Both the position numbers and the translations under genes were made by a program. 64,000 bases of DNA from Escherichia coli (lineage in GTDB: Bacteria > Pseudomonadota > Gammaproteobacteria > Enterobacterales > Enterobacteriaceae), in the NCBI RefSeq assembly GCF_003334785.1, contig NZ_QOWV01000001.1. The stretch is one strand, 5' to 3'. The notes beneath the pieces were generated by a model, which was not told the DNA's origin, made no database searches, and was given only the letters and a program-made list of their open reading frames with translations. Below, piece after piece: positions 36,531 through 51,545 of this stretch (position 1 is the stretch's first letter; each line of letters opens with the position of its first letter).

Positions 36531-37043
36531 ATGAGTCAGGTAAGCACTGAATTTATCCCGACCCGTATTGCTATTCTTACGGTTTCTAATCGTCGCGGTG
36601 AAGAAGACGATACCTCCGGTCACTATCTGCGCGATTCGGCGCAAGAAGCGGGCCATCACGTTGTCGATAAAGCCATTGTGAAAGAAAACCGCTATGCTAT
36701 TCGCGCTCAGGTATCTGCGTGGATCGCCAGCGACGATGTACAAGTGGTATTGATTACGGGTGGTACTGGCCTGACGGAAGGTGATCAGGCTCCCGAAGCA
36801 TTGCTGCCGTTGTTCGACCGTGAAGTTGAAGGTTTTGGTGAAGTGTTCCGGATGTTGTCGTTTGAAGAGATTGGCACTTCCACGTTGCAATCTCGTGCGG
36901 TAGCGGGCGTCGCCAACAAAACGCTGATTTTCGCCATGCCGGGTTCGACCAAAGCGTGCCGTACCGCATGGGAAAATATCATCGCGCCGCAGCTGGATGC
37001 CCGTACGCGTCCGTGTAATTTCCATCCACATTTGAAGAAATAA
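36531..37043 (+). CDS. moaB: Molybdenum cofactor biosynthesis protein B
   Basis: 170-aa ORF. Confidence 0.93.
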
Positions 37044-37045
37044 GT

Positions 37046-37531
37046 ATGTCGCAACTGACCCATATCAACGCCGCTGGCGAAGCGCACATGGTGGATGTCT
37101 CCGCCAAAGCGGAAACCGTGCGTGAAGCGCGGGCGGAAGCCTTTGTCACCATGCGCAGCGAGACGCTGGCGATGATTATTGATGGTCGCCACCACAAAGG
37201 CGACGTATTTGCCACTGCGCGTATTGCCGGTATTCAGGCGGCAAAACGCACCTGGGATCTGATCCCGCTCTGTCATCCGCTGATGCTCAGCAAAGTTGAA
37301 GTCAATTTACAGGCCGAGCCGGAGCACAATCGGGTGCGTATAGAAACCTTATGCCGCCTGACCGGGAAAACCGGTGTCGAAATGGAAGCATTAACCGCGG
37401 CCTCCGTGGCGGCGCTGACCATTTATGACATGTGCAAAGCGGTGCAAAAAGATATGGTGATTGGTCCGGTACGTTTGCTGGCGAAGAGCGGCGGCAAGTC
37501 GGGTGACTTTAAGGTGGAAGCGGATGATTAA
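37046..37531 (+). CDS. moaC: Cyclic pyranopterin monophosphate synthase
   Basis: 161-aa ORF. Confidence 0.93.
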
Positions 37532-37769
37532 AGTTCTTTTTTTCGCCCAGGTGCGCGAGTTGGTGGGAACAGATGCAACCGAAGTGGCTGCGGATTTCCC
37601 AACTGTTGAAGCGTTACGCCAGCACATGGCTGCGCAGAGCGATCGCTGGGCGCTGGCGCTGGAAGATGGCAAATTACTGGCTGCCGTCAACCAGACGCTG
37701 GTGAGTTTTGACCATCCGCTGACTGACGGCGACGAAGTAGCTTTCTTCCCGCCGGTAACCGGAGGTTAA
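37524..37769 (+). CDS. moaD: Molybdopterin synthase sulfur-carrier subunit
   Basis: Start placed at [13 protein letters not shown]; C-terminal GG; 81 aa; overlaps the moaC stop. Confidence 0.9.
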
Positions 37770-37770
37770 G

Positions 37771-38223
37771 ATGGCAGAAACCAAAATTGTTGTTGGTCCG
37801 CAGCCGTTCAGCGTAGGAGAAGAGTACCCGTGGCTGGCGGAGCGTGACGAAGACGGTGCGGTAGTCACCTTTACTGGTAAGGTGCGCAACCATAACCTGG
37901 GCGACAGCGTCAACGCATTAACCCTCGAACACTATCCGGGGATGACTGAAAAAGCACTGGCAGAAATTGTTGATGAAGCGCGTAACCGCTGGCCGCTGGG
38001 GCGCGTCACTGTGATTCACCGCATCGGGGAATTATGGCCGGGCGATGAAATCGTTTTTGTCGGTGTCACCAGTGCGCATCGCAGCAGTGCGTTTGAAGCC
38101 GGGCAGTTTATTATGGATTATCTCAAAACCCGCGCACCGTTCTGGAAGCGCGAAGCCACGCCGGAAGGCGACCGCTGGGTTGAAGCTCGGGAGAGCGATC
38201 AGCAGGCGGCAAAACGCTGGTAG
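37771..38223 (+). CDS. moaE: Molybdopterin synthase catalytic subunit
   Basis: 150-aa ORF. Confidence 0.93.
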   Translation: MAETKIVVGPQPFSVGEEYPWLAERDEDGAVVTFTGKVRNHNLGDSVNALTLEHYPGMTEKALAEIVDEARNRWPLGRVTVIHRIGELWPGDEIVFVGVTSAHRSSAFEAGQFIMDYLKTRAPFWKREATPEGDRWVEARESDQQAAKRW

Positions 38224-38233
38224 TTTTTTGTTA

Positions 38234-38260
38234 GCCGGATAAGGCACCGCTGCGTCCGGC
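38234..38260. repeat. Single REP-like palindrome
   Basis: gccggataaggcaccgctgcgtccggc downstream of moaE. Confidence 0.55.
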
Positions 38261-38359
38261 AATTTCACCGCTCAGTACATACGTTTACGCTGCGTCGATG
38301 CACAGCCTCATCATTTTGCAGTATCCTTAAGATATTCCTTATATCTTCAGGAGATCGTC

Positions 38360-39064
38360 ATGGACAGATTCCCACGTTCTGATTCAATCGTACAACCCCG
38401 GGCTGGCTTGCAAACTTATATGGCTCAAGTCTATGGCTGGATGACCGTTGGCTTGTTGCTGACCGCATTTGTTGCCTGGTATGCGGCTAATTCCGCGGCC
38501 GTGATGGAGCTGTTGTTCACTAACCGTGTCTTTTTAATCGGTCTGATCATCGCGCAATTAGCATTGGTTATTGTGTTATCAGCGATGATTCAAAAGCTGA
38601 GCGCAGGTGTAACGACGATGCTCTTTATGCTTTATTCGGCGCTGACGGGTCTTACGCTTTCCAGTATATTCATTGTCTATACCGCTGCTTCTATCGCCAG
38701 TACTTTCGTCGTTACTGCCGGGATGTTCGGCGCAATGAGCCTGTACGGTTACACCACGAAGCGCGATTTAAGTGGCTTTGGCAATATGCTGTTTATGGCG
38801 TTAATCGGCATTGTGCTGGCATCGCTGGTCAACTTCTGGTTGAAAAGCGAAGCATTGATGTGGGCAGTTACCTACATCGGCGTGATTGTCTTTGTCGGAT
38901 TGACGGCGTATGACACGCAGAAACTGAAAAATATGGGTGAGCAGATTGATACCCGCGACACGTCGAACCTGCGCAAATATTCCATTCTTGGCGCGTTAAC
39001 CTTGTATCTGGACTTCATCAACCTGTTCCTGATGTTGTTGCGGATCTTCGGCAACCGCCGTTAA
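38360..39064 (+). CDS. ybhL: Bax-inhibitor-1/YccA-family inner membrane protein
   Basis: 234-aa ORF with seven predicted TM segments. Confidence 0.85.
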   Translation: MDRFPRSDSIVQPRAGLQTYMAQVYGWMTVGLLLTAFVAWYAANSAAVMELLFTNRVFLIGLIIAQLALVIVLSAMIQKLSAGVTTMLFMLYSALTGLTLSSIFIVYTAASIASTFVVTAGMFGAMSLYGYTTKRDLSGFGNMLFMALIGIVLASLVNFWLKSEALMWAVTYIGVIVFVGLTAYDTQKLKNMGEQIDTRDTSNLRKYSILGALTLYLDFINLFLMLLRIFGNRR

Positions 39065-39082
39065 TTCTTTTTCACCATCACT

Positions 39083-39110
39083 ATCCCGGCCATGTGTCGG
39101 GATTTTTTTC
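39083..39110 (+). terminator. Rho-independent terminator after ybhL
   Basis: atcccg/cgggat hairpin followed by ttttttt. Confidence 0.7.
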
Positions 39111-39268
39111 TTACTAAAAACGACACTTAACAAGTACCAGGTATAAAATATGCCTTATGGACGAGCGGAAGCGTTTTCTGTATCCATAAATGCAAAAGTA
39201 TTTTGTATGCGTGGTTTTAAATTTATTGATGGTGAATATTAATATTTTTTCTAAGGATAACTAAAAGA

Positions 39269-39982
39269 ATGGAATCATACTCGCAAAACAGCAATAAATT
39301 AGATTTTCAGCACGAGGCCAGGATATTAAACGGTATATGGCTCATTACCGCTTTAGGTTTGGTGGCAACCGCAGGACTAGCCTGGGGAGCTAAGTATCTC
39401 GAAATTACGGCAACCAAATATGATTCACCACCAATGTATGTCGCCATAGGGTTATTATTACTTTGTATGTATGGCTTAAGTAAGGATATCAACAAGATAA
39501 ATGCCGCCATCGCGGGCGTAATATATCTGTTTTTACTCTCTTTGGTGGCGATTGTCGTTGCAAGTTTAGTTCCTGTATATGCCATTATCATCGTGTTCAG
39601 CACTGCGGGCGCGATGTTTTTAATCAGTATGCTGGCCGGTTTATTATTTAATGTTGATCCTGGTTCTCACCGTTTTATCATTATGATGACGTTGACAGGG
39701 TTGGCCCTGGTAATCATCGTGAATGCGGCATTAATGAGTGAACGGCCCATTTGGGTAATAAGTTGCTTAATGATTGTGTTATGGTCAGGCATTATCTCGC
39801 ATGGACGAAATAAGCTCCTTGAATTGGCGGGGAAATGCCATAGTGAAGAGTTGTGGAGTCCGGTTCGTTGCGCTTTTACAGGTGCATTAACACTCTATTA
39901 CTATTTTATCGGCTTCTTTGGGATACTTGCCGCGATAGCTATAACGCTTGTCTGGCAAAGGCATACGCGTTTTTTTCATTAG
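39269..39982 (+). CDS. ybhM: BI-1-like inner membrane protein
   Basis: 237-aa polytopic membrane ORF; AT-rich by eye. Confidence 0.8.
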   Translation: MESYSQNSNKLDFQHEARILNGIWLITALGLVATAGLAWGAKYLEITATKYDSPPMYVAIGLLLLCMYGLSKDINKINAAIAGVIYLFLLSLVAIVVASLVPVYAIIIVFSTAGAMFLISMLAGLLFNVDPGSHRFIIMMTLTGLALVIIVNAALMSERPIWVISCLMIVLWSGIISHGRNKLLELAGKCHSEELWSPVRCAFTGALTLYYYFIGFFGILAAIAITLVWQRHTRFFH

Positions 39983-40017
39983 CCGTAAATGCACATACTA
40001 AAGAACTTAACTAAACT

Positions 40018-40974
40018 TCACATCGCCGCTTCATTTTTCGCCCGTAGCTTCTTCGCCTGGCTTTCCAGCAACAGGTAACAGATCAGCGCCAGCAGCAGTG
40101 GGATAAAGTAATACAGCACACGGTAAGCGAGTAGGGCGGCGATAATTGTACCTTTGGAGGTATGCTCCCCAGCCAGTAGTGCGATAAACACCGCTTCCAG
40201 CACACCGATCCCCGCCGGAATATGCACGATGACGCCAGCAATACTACTAACCAGTAACACGCCCAGTACAAAGAAATAGTTCACGCTTTGACCAAGTAAC
40301 AGCCAGATAATCGCCCCCATTACCATCCAGTTAACGCTGGAAATCAGCATCTGAGCGAGGGCGAATTTCCATGAAGGCAGCACCAGCTTTTGCCCTTTGA
40401 TGGTCATATGGCGGTGCTTCGCGAAAGCGCAAAACCACAAATAAACCGCGATAATCATCAGTAAGCCAATGCCGAGAATACGCAGCGTAGTTTGATCGAC
40501 ATACCAGTGATCCGGCAACTCCACCACGCCTGCGGTAAAGATAATCCCTGCCAGTAAAATGTAGCCCAGCCAGTTGGTGGTAATACTGAGCGAGAAAATC
40601 CGCGTAATAGTGCTACCGGGCAACCCCAGACGAGAGTACAAACGATAGCGCATACCAATGCCGCCGACCCAGGTACTGAGCGTCAGGTTGAAGGCGTAGC
40701 AGATAAACGACACCAGCATCACCTGGCGCTTCGCCAGTTTGTGACCGCAGTAAAAGCGGGCGAGCAGGTCATAGCAGCCGTAAATCAGATAGCTGACGAC
40801 CACCAGCCCGACCGCACTAAGCAGCGCAACGCGATTGTAGTCGCGGATGACCTTCCAGACCTCTTCCCAGTCCACTTTTTTGGCGTAGACCACCAGCAAC
40901 ACAATCACCGCGATAAAAAACAGCCAGGTGAGGATCTTCTTTGCTAAGCGCCAGCGCGGGTGTGATTTACTCAT
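40018..40974 (-). CDS. ybhN: Inner membrane protein, UPF0104 / lysyl-PG-synthase-like C-terminal domain family
   Basis: 318-aa membrane ORF; its start overlaps the clsB stop (TGATG). Confidence 0.85.
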   Translation of the reverse strand: MSKSHPRWRLAKKILTWLFFIAVIVLLVVYAKKVDWEEVWKVIRDYNRVALLSAVGLVVVSYLIYGCYDLLARFYCGHKLAKRQVMLVSFICYAFNLTLSTWVGGIGMRYRLYSRLGLPGSTITRIFSLSITTNWLGYILLAGIIFTAGVVELPDHWYVDQTTLRILGIGLLMIIAVYLWFCAFAKHRHMTIKGQKLVLPSWKFALAQMLISSVNWMVMGAIIWLLLGQSVNYFFVLGVLLVSSIAGVIVHIPAGIGVLEAVFIALLAGEHTSKGTIIAALLAYRVLYYFIPLLLALICYLLLESQAKKLRAKNEAAM

Positions 40975-42215
40975 CAGGGTTTTACCCCCGTGTTTTCAGT
41001 TTCTACCCGATCCTGCGTTTCCATTGTCGGTTGTGCGGGCGGATCAACCTGCGCCAGACGTGGCGTGTGTGCCGGAAGCCAGCCAACCAGCGCCGGGAAG
41101 TGGCGTAAAAAGTGGAACGCCAGCACGCTTTTGGTCAGGTTCCACCAGGTGCGTTTGGGCAGCATGGTTTCATCCACCTGCTGACAATCTGCGGCAATAA
41201 TGCCGTTCAGATTATCGCGCAGCGTCTGGTTAAAATGACGATCGTGGATGATGACATTTGCTTCGAGATTCAGTGACAAACTGAGCGGATCGAGATTACT
41301 GGACCCTACTGTCGCCCAGTGATCGTCCATCAATGCCACTTTGCCGTGGAGCGGGCGGCGGCGGTACTCAAAAACCTGAACGCCGCCTTTAACCAGATAG
41401 TTATACAGCAAGCGCGCACCGACTCTGACAATCGGCATATCCGGTTCGCCCTGAATGATCAGTTTGATCCGCACCCCGCGCCGTGCCGCTTTACGCAAGG
41501 CGTGTAAAAATCGATAGCCGGGGAAGAAGTAGGCGTTGGCGATAATCACTTCCCGCCGCGCCTGAGTGAGCATTTTCAAATAATGGCGTTCAATATCATC
41601 GCGATGTTCTTCGTTATCGCGCCAGACCAGCAATACCTGCGCTTCTCCCGGCTGGCGGTTCTCTTCCGCTTTGTGATGACGTCGCCACCAGCGTCGTGCC
41701 GCGCTCTGTCCAGGCAGGTTTTCCAGCTCAAACTGGAGAATATCTTCGACAATCGGCCCTTCAAGGCGTACCGCGTAATCCTGTTTAGCCTCTGGACCGT
41801 AGCTGGACATATGCTCGGCGGAGTAATTCAGCCCGCCAATAAAGGCTATACGCGCGTCGATCACCACAATTTTGCGATGCATCCGGCGAAACACATTGGT
41901 GCGCATACCAAAAAGGCGAGGGCGGGGATCGTAGTAGCGGAACACTACGCCAGCTGCCGTCAGTTCATTGACAAACTCATCGCTGAGATCCGGCGAACCG
42001 TAGCCATCCAGCAAGACTTCCGCTTTAACCCCGCGTTGCGCTGCTGCCAGTAGTGCCGCATGCAGTTGTTTGCCGACGTCATCCTCAAACCAGATAAACG
42101 TTTCAAGAATGATGCGTTCTTGTGCCTCGCCAATCGCCTTAAACACCGCGGGATAATATTGCTCGCCGTTTTCCAGCAACTGGATCTTATTGCCTTCGCG
42201 CCAGCTACATTTCAT
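40974..42215 (-). CDS. clsB: Cardiolipin synthase B (PLD superfamily)
   Basis: 413-aa ORF with two HxK(x4)D-type motifs ([16 protein letters not shown]). Confidence 0.9.
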
Positions 42216-42973
42216 AAATGAATCTCCGCACTTAAAGGGGCATGATCAGAAAGGTGTCGCCATGTCCGCAGCGGCAACGCGGTTGGCGCGCTGGCGCTGG
42301 CATTTTTGACGTAGATCCTGTCCAGTCGTAGTAGAGGAAATTGCACCGGAAACGTGCGCGCCGGGCGTCCGTGGGCGCGGGTAAAAATCTCATCCAGTCC
42401 GGCCTGCACTTTTAACGGATGATTAGCTTTTTGCCGCCAGTCATTGAAATCACCCGCCACCAATACCGGTTCGCCGTCCGGTAGCTCATTCACCCATTCG
42501 GCGAGCATCGCAAGCTGCGCCTGACGGTGCGCCTCACGCAGGCCCAGATGTACGCACATCACATGAATCGCTTTTCCGGTCATCGGCGGCACAATGCGGC
42601 AGTAGAGCACGCCGCGCTTTTCCGCACCATCGACCGAAACATCGCGATTCTCATAATGTTCAATGGGATAACGCGACAGTACGGCGTTGCCGTGATGCCC
42701 TTCCGGGTATACGGCATTGCGACCGTAGGCAAAATCGCTCCACATAGTGTCGGCGAGAAACTCGTAGTGCGAGGTATCGGGCCAGTTTTCCACATGCAGC
42801 GGATGAACTTCGTGCGCGCCCATCACTTCCTGCAGGCAAACAATATCGGCGCTGACGGTACGCACGGCGTCGCGAAGTTCCGGCAAAATGAAGCGTCGGT
42901 TAAACGCGGTAAAGCCTTTGTGAATATTGATGGTGAGCACCTTGAACGAAAATTGTTGTGTTTGATCGGGCAT
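42212..42973 (-). CDS. ybhP: Endonuclease/exonuclease/phosphatase-family protein
   Basis: 253-aa ORF; its stop overlaps the clsB start (ATGA). Confidence 0.85.
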
Positions 42974-43105
42974 AATTTTCCTGTCTTTGCCTCTTATCTC
43001 ATTGAAATAGTGTAGTCGGCGTCACAAAAAGGTGCGGTCTTACGGAATTTTCCGTAAAGTTCGGTACTCTGAGTAAGTAGAGATAAATTCTTCAGGAGAG
43101 AAGCC

Positions 43106-43516
43106 ATGAAGTGGCAACAACGTGTTCGTGTCGCAACGGGTCTAAGTTGCTGGCAGATTATGTTGCATTTACTGGTAGTGGCGCTGCTGGTGGTGGGCTG
43201 GATGAGTAAGACTCTGGTTCACGTCGGCGTGGGATTATGCGCACTGTATTGTGTCACGGTAGTGATGATGCTGGTGTTTCAGCGCCACCCCGAGCAACGC
43301 TGGCGTGAGGTGGCAGACGTGCTGGAAGAGCTGACCACGACCTGGTATTTTGGCGCAGCGCTGATTGTGCTGTGGCTGTTGTCCCGCGTTCTGGAAAACA
43401 ACTTTTTGCTGGCAATTGCAGGGCTGGCAATCCTTGCCGGCCCGGCGGTAGTGTCTTTGCTGGCGAAAGATAAGAAGTTACATCACCTTACGTCTAAACA
43501 TCGCGTACGCCGCTGA
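43106..43516 (+). CDS. ybhQ: Inner membrane protein
   Basis: 136-aa ORF with four predicted TM segments. Confidence 0.8.
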
Positions 43517-44584
43517 CCCTGTCGTGGCCGTTATCACCAGTAGCGGCCACAAACTATTCCACACAATATCCAGACTCGCATCCTTCAAATAAATCTGCTT
43601 GGTAATGTCCGTAAAGTGGCGAATAGGGTTAATCCACGTCAGGTTTTGCAGCCATACCGGCATGTTTTCCACCGGAGAAACGTAACCGGAAAGGAGAATG
43701 GCGGGCATCATAAAGACAAACACGCCGATAAACGCCTGCTGTTGTGTTGAACAGAGTGATGAAATCAACAGACCGAATCCCACCAGCGATAAACCATAAA
43801 TCACCATCGTAAAGTAGAACAGCGCCAGCGATCCGGCGAAGGGGATTTGATACGCCCAGATACCAATCGCCAGCACAATGGTGGCCTGGAAGGTGGCGAC
43901 AATTAACGCCGGTACGGCTTTGCCGATGAAGATCTGCCAGGTGGTGAGCGGCGAAACCAGTAGCTGATCGAGCGTACCTTGTTCACGTTCGCGGGCGACG
44001 GAAAGTGAAGTGACGATCATTACGCCGATAGTGGTGATCATGGCGATCAGTGACGGCACCACAAACCATTTGTAGTCGAGATTCGGGTTATACCAGTTGC
44101 GTACCACCAGCTCGCTGTTGTTAGGTTTCGGTTTTCCTTCCAGCAGCTCCTGCTGATAATTTTTGACGATCTGTTGCAGGTAGTTGGCGGCAATTTGCGC
44201 ACTGTTGGAGTTACGCCCGTCGAGGATCAACTGCAAAGGCGCGGTCTGGAAGGTATCCAGTTTGCGCGAGAAGTCAGCCGGGAAACGCACCAGTAGTAAC
44301 GCCTTTTGTGTGTCGATGGTTGGGCGGATCTCCTGTGGGCTTTTCAGCAGCAGCACATGAGTAAAGGCGCTGGCGCGGGCAAAACGTTGGGTCAGCTCCA
44401 CCGAATGCTCGCCGTTATCTTCATCGTAGATGGCGATGGTGGCGTTAGTCACTTCCAGCGTGGCGGCGAACGGGAACAGGATCACCTGAATTAGCACGGG
44501 TAAAATCAGAATCGCGCGGGTTTGCGGTTCGCGCAGCAACGACTGCAACTCTTTGCGGATTAACGTCCATAAGCGATGAAACAT
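43478..44584 (-). CDS. ybhR: ABC-2-type transporter permease
   Basis: 368-aa membrane ORF. Confidence 0.88.
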
Positions 44585-44594
44585 GCTCTTCTCC

Positions 44595-45720
44595 CTAATC
44601 CAGCCGACGTTTGGTTTTCAGCCACGTCAGGCCGATAAACATCACCGCCGAAGCGATCAAAAACAGCACGTTTACCACCAGCACCACTGGAATATTCCCG
44701 GCGAGGAACAGGCTTTGCAGGGTGCTGACGAAATAACGAGCGGGAATAATGTACGTCACCGCGCGGATCACCGCGGGCATACTGTCGATCTGAAAAATAA
44801 AGCCGGAAAGCATAATCGACGGCAGAAAAGCGGCGTTCAGGGCGACCTGAGCGGCATTGAACTGGTTGCGGGTAATCGTGGAAATCAGCAGCCCCATCCC
44901 CAGGGTACTGAGTAAAAACAGGCTGGAGATAAAAAACAGAATCAGCAGCGACCCGCGATACGGCACGCCGAGAATAAACACTGACACCAGCATACACAGC
45001 AACATCGCCAGCATCCCGAGAAAGTAATAAGGGATCAGCTTACACAGCAGCAGTTCCGTGCGGGTAATCTCCGTAGAGAGCAGAGCCTCCATGGTGCCGC
45101 GTTCCCATTCTCGCGCCACCACCAGCGAGGTGAGAATCGCGCCGATGACCGTCATGATAATGGTCACCGCACCGGGGATAATGAAGTGCTGGCTAATCGC
45201 CGCCGGGTTAAACCAGTAGCGGGTTTGTACATCAATAAGCGGTTCAAAAGTCTGCCCGTTGTCCTCCGCTCGCTGCATTTGCCAGATCTGCCAGATCCCT
45301 TCGACATACCCCTGTACAAAGTTAGCGGTATTCGGCTCACTGCCGTCGGTGATCACCTGAATCGGTGCGGTGGCGTTGGCGCGCTCCATCTGTTCCGCAA
45401 AATCCACCGGAATAACCACCAGACCGCGAATTTTCCCCGCCTGCATTTTGGCGATCAGTTCCTGACGGTTATCGCTGATGGTGGCGTCGATGTAGGGCGA
45501 ACCGGTCATGGTGTGGGTGAAATCCAGCGCCGCTTCGCTACGCTGTTCCAGTAAAATCCCGACCCGCAGCTTGCTGGAGTCGAGGTTAATGCCGTAACCA
45601 AAAATAAACAGCAGTAGCAGCGGGATCACTACCGCAATCAGCCAGCTACTCGGATCGCGAACGATCTGCCGCGTCTCTTTAACGCACAGCGCCCGTACGC
45701 GACGCCAGGACAGGATCGGG

Positions 45721-45728
<8 letters not shown>
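44595..45728 (-). CDS. ybhS: ABC-2-type transporter permease
   Basis: 377-aa membrane ORF, paralogous to ybhR. Confidence 0.88.
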
Positions 45729-49119
<3,391 letters not shown>

Positions 49120-49347
49120 CGCACAGTCCATTCTTAATCAAATGATTGATTAAGATTATGACTCCATAGGGGAGTTGTCCAGTATGGCTAAGAATTTTAG
49201 CAACGCCAGTCACAGGGATAATTTATGCGCTGTGTCACAAAAACTGCTACACTCCGCTCCCTCATGACATTGTGGTTTTTGTCATTTTCCTTTTCAGTAT
49301 CTCCCTGAAAACTACACCGGTAACGGTCGGGGCGGTTCGGAGTAGTT

Positions 49348-50712
49348 ATGTCTTTCGATTCTTTGGGTTTAAGCCCTGATATCCTGCGCGCCGTTGCCGA
49401 GCAGGGTTACCGTGAACCCACCCCTATTCAGCAGCAGGCGATCCCTGCGGTGCTGGAAGGCCGCGACCTGATGGCTAGCGCCCAGACCGGCACCGGCAAA
49501 ACAGCGGGCTTTACGCTGCCGCTGTTGCAACACCTGATCACTCGCCAGCCGCACGCCAAAGGGCGTCGTCCGGTACGTGCGCTCATTCTTACCCCGACCC
49601 GTGAACTGGCGGCGCAGATTGGCGAAAACGTCCGTGATTACAGCAAATACCTGAACATTCGTTCGCTGGTGGTGTTTGGTGGTGTGAGTATTAACCCGCA
49701 GATGATGAAACTGCGTGGCGGCGTTGATGTGCTGGTGGCAACCCCGGGACGTTTGCTGGACCTGGAACATCAGAATGCAGTGAAGCTGGATCAGGTTGAA
49801 ATCCTCGTCCTCGATGAAGCTGACCGCATGCTCGACATGGGCTTTATCCACGATATCCGTCGCGTGTTAACAAAACTACCTGCGAAGCGCCAGAACCTGT
49901 TATTCTCCGCGACCTTCTCTGACGATATTAAAGCCCTGGCGGAAAAACTGTTGCACAACCCGCTGGAAATCGAAGTGGCACGCCGCAATACCGCGTCTGA
50001 TCAGGTGACCCAGCACGTTCACTTTGTCGATAAGAAACGCAAACGCGAATTGCTGTCGCACATGATTGGGAAAGGGAACTGGCAGCAGGTGCTGGTGTTT
50101 ACCCGTACCAAACACGGCGCTAACCATCTGGCTGAACAGCTCAATAAAGATGGCATCCGTAGTGCGGCGATCCACGGCAATAAATCGCAAGGTGCGCGTA
50201 CTCGTGCGCTGGCTGATTTTAAATCGGGCGATATTCGTGTACTGGTGGCAACTGACATCGCTGCGCGCGGCCTGGATATTGAAGAGCTGCCGCACGTCGT
50301 CAACTATGAACTGCCAAACGTACCTGAAGATTATGTCCACCGTATCGGGCGTACCGGTCGTGCGGCTGCTACCGGTGAAGCGTTGTCGCTGGTGTGTGTT
50401 GATGAACACAAACTGCTGCGTGATATCGAAAAACTGCTGAAAAAAGAGATCCCGCGCATTGCGATTCCGGGCTATGAGCCGGACCCGTCAATCAAAGCCG
50501 AACCGATCCAGAACGGTCGCCAGCAACGTGGCGGCGGCGGTCGTGGGCAAGGTGGTGGTCGCGGTCAACAGCAACCACGCCGTGGGGAAGGTGGCGCAAA
50601 ATCTGCAAGCGCGAAACCTGCAGAAAAACCGTCTCGCCGCCTCGGCGATGCCAAACCGGCAGGCGAACAACAACGTCGCCGCCGTCCGCGTAAACCTGCC
50701 GCTGCGCAGTAA
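49348..50712 (+). CDS. rhlE: ATP-dependent DEAD-box RNA helicase
   Basis: 454-aa ORF; GKT Walker A, DEAD box (VLDEADRM), RG-rich basic C-terminal tail. Confidence 0.95.
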
Positions 50713-50764
50713 TCTTTTATGCCGGGCTATGCCCGGCATCAGGCTGATGAACAAACGCAAAACT

Positions 50765-50864
<100 letters not shown>

Positions 50865-50943
50865 TTCACAACAAGCACTTGTCAGCAATTTGAGAACACG
50901 GGAAAAAATTTATCTGTTTTACCGCCCATAAGCCACCGAGACG

Positions 50944-51426
50944 TTACTTCTCTATAGCCAATTGTTCGCGCAACTCCATTAAAAGGTAGCCCAGTCGATT
51001 CTTGCCCTTACCATGACCACCGTCTCCCCAGTAAGCATCGTTTTCCGTATGCTCAACCAGTTTTGCGGGCGCGGTTGCCAGCAAGAGCGCACGCAGTTCT
51101 GCATGCTGTTCGAATTTAGCGCGAAGTGCTTTTCGCATCACCTGTTCTTTGACCGACTCCCAGTTTTTACGCAGAGGCTTAGAACGATCGCGCCCCATGC
51201 GTGCGGCGACCATAGGGGAAGAAACCCGACGGATCTCTTCGCGGTATTTTTCATCAAGGAATTTTTGTGCCTGAAAATAGTGTTCTGAGGTGGGCCAGGT
51301 TTTCCCGTCAACCTTGATGGGCCAGGCGGCAAAGTTAGAAAAATCACCGTAGTCATCGCTGGTGCTGTAGAAATTTATGATGGTGTCTTGCATGACGTGT
51401 TGGATCCTTTGTGCTCGAACGGGCAT
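50944..51426 (-). CDS. ybiA: YbiA-family N-glycosidase (DUF1768)
   Basis: 160-aa ORF; divergent from dinG. Confidence 0.85.
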   Translation of the reverse strand: MPVRAQRIQHVMQDTIINFYSTSDDYGDFSNFAAWPIKVDGKTWPTSEHYFQAQKFLDEKYREEIRRVSSPMVAARMGRDRSKPLRKNWESVKEQVMRKALRAKFEQHAELRALLLATAPAKLVEHTENDAYWGDGGHGKGKNRLGYLLMELREQLAIEK

Positions 51427-51511
51427 TAAACCGCATTATGTTGGTGGTTATTGCGAGCCGCTTTCCAGAAACAGAAAAACCATTACCCCTGAAAACCGAA
51501 AAATGCCACAA

Positions 51512-51531
51512 TATTGGCTGTTTATACAGTA
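51512..51531. promoter_or_regulatory. Non-canonical LexA box of dinG
   Basis: tattggctgtttatacagta has TTG-N10-CAG spacing that mimics the SOS box; about 15 bp upstream of the dinG ATG. Confidence 0.7.
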
Positions 51532-51545
51532 TTTCAGGTTTTCTC

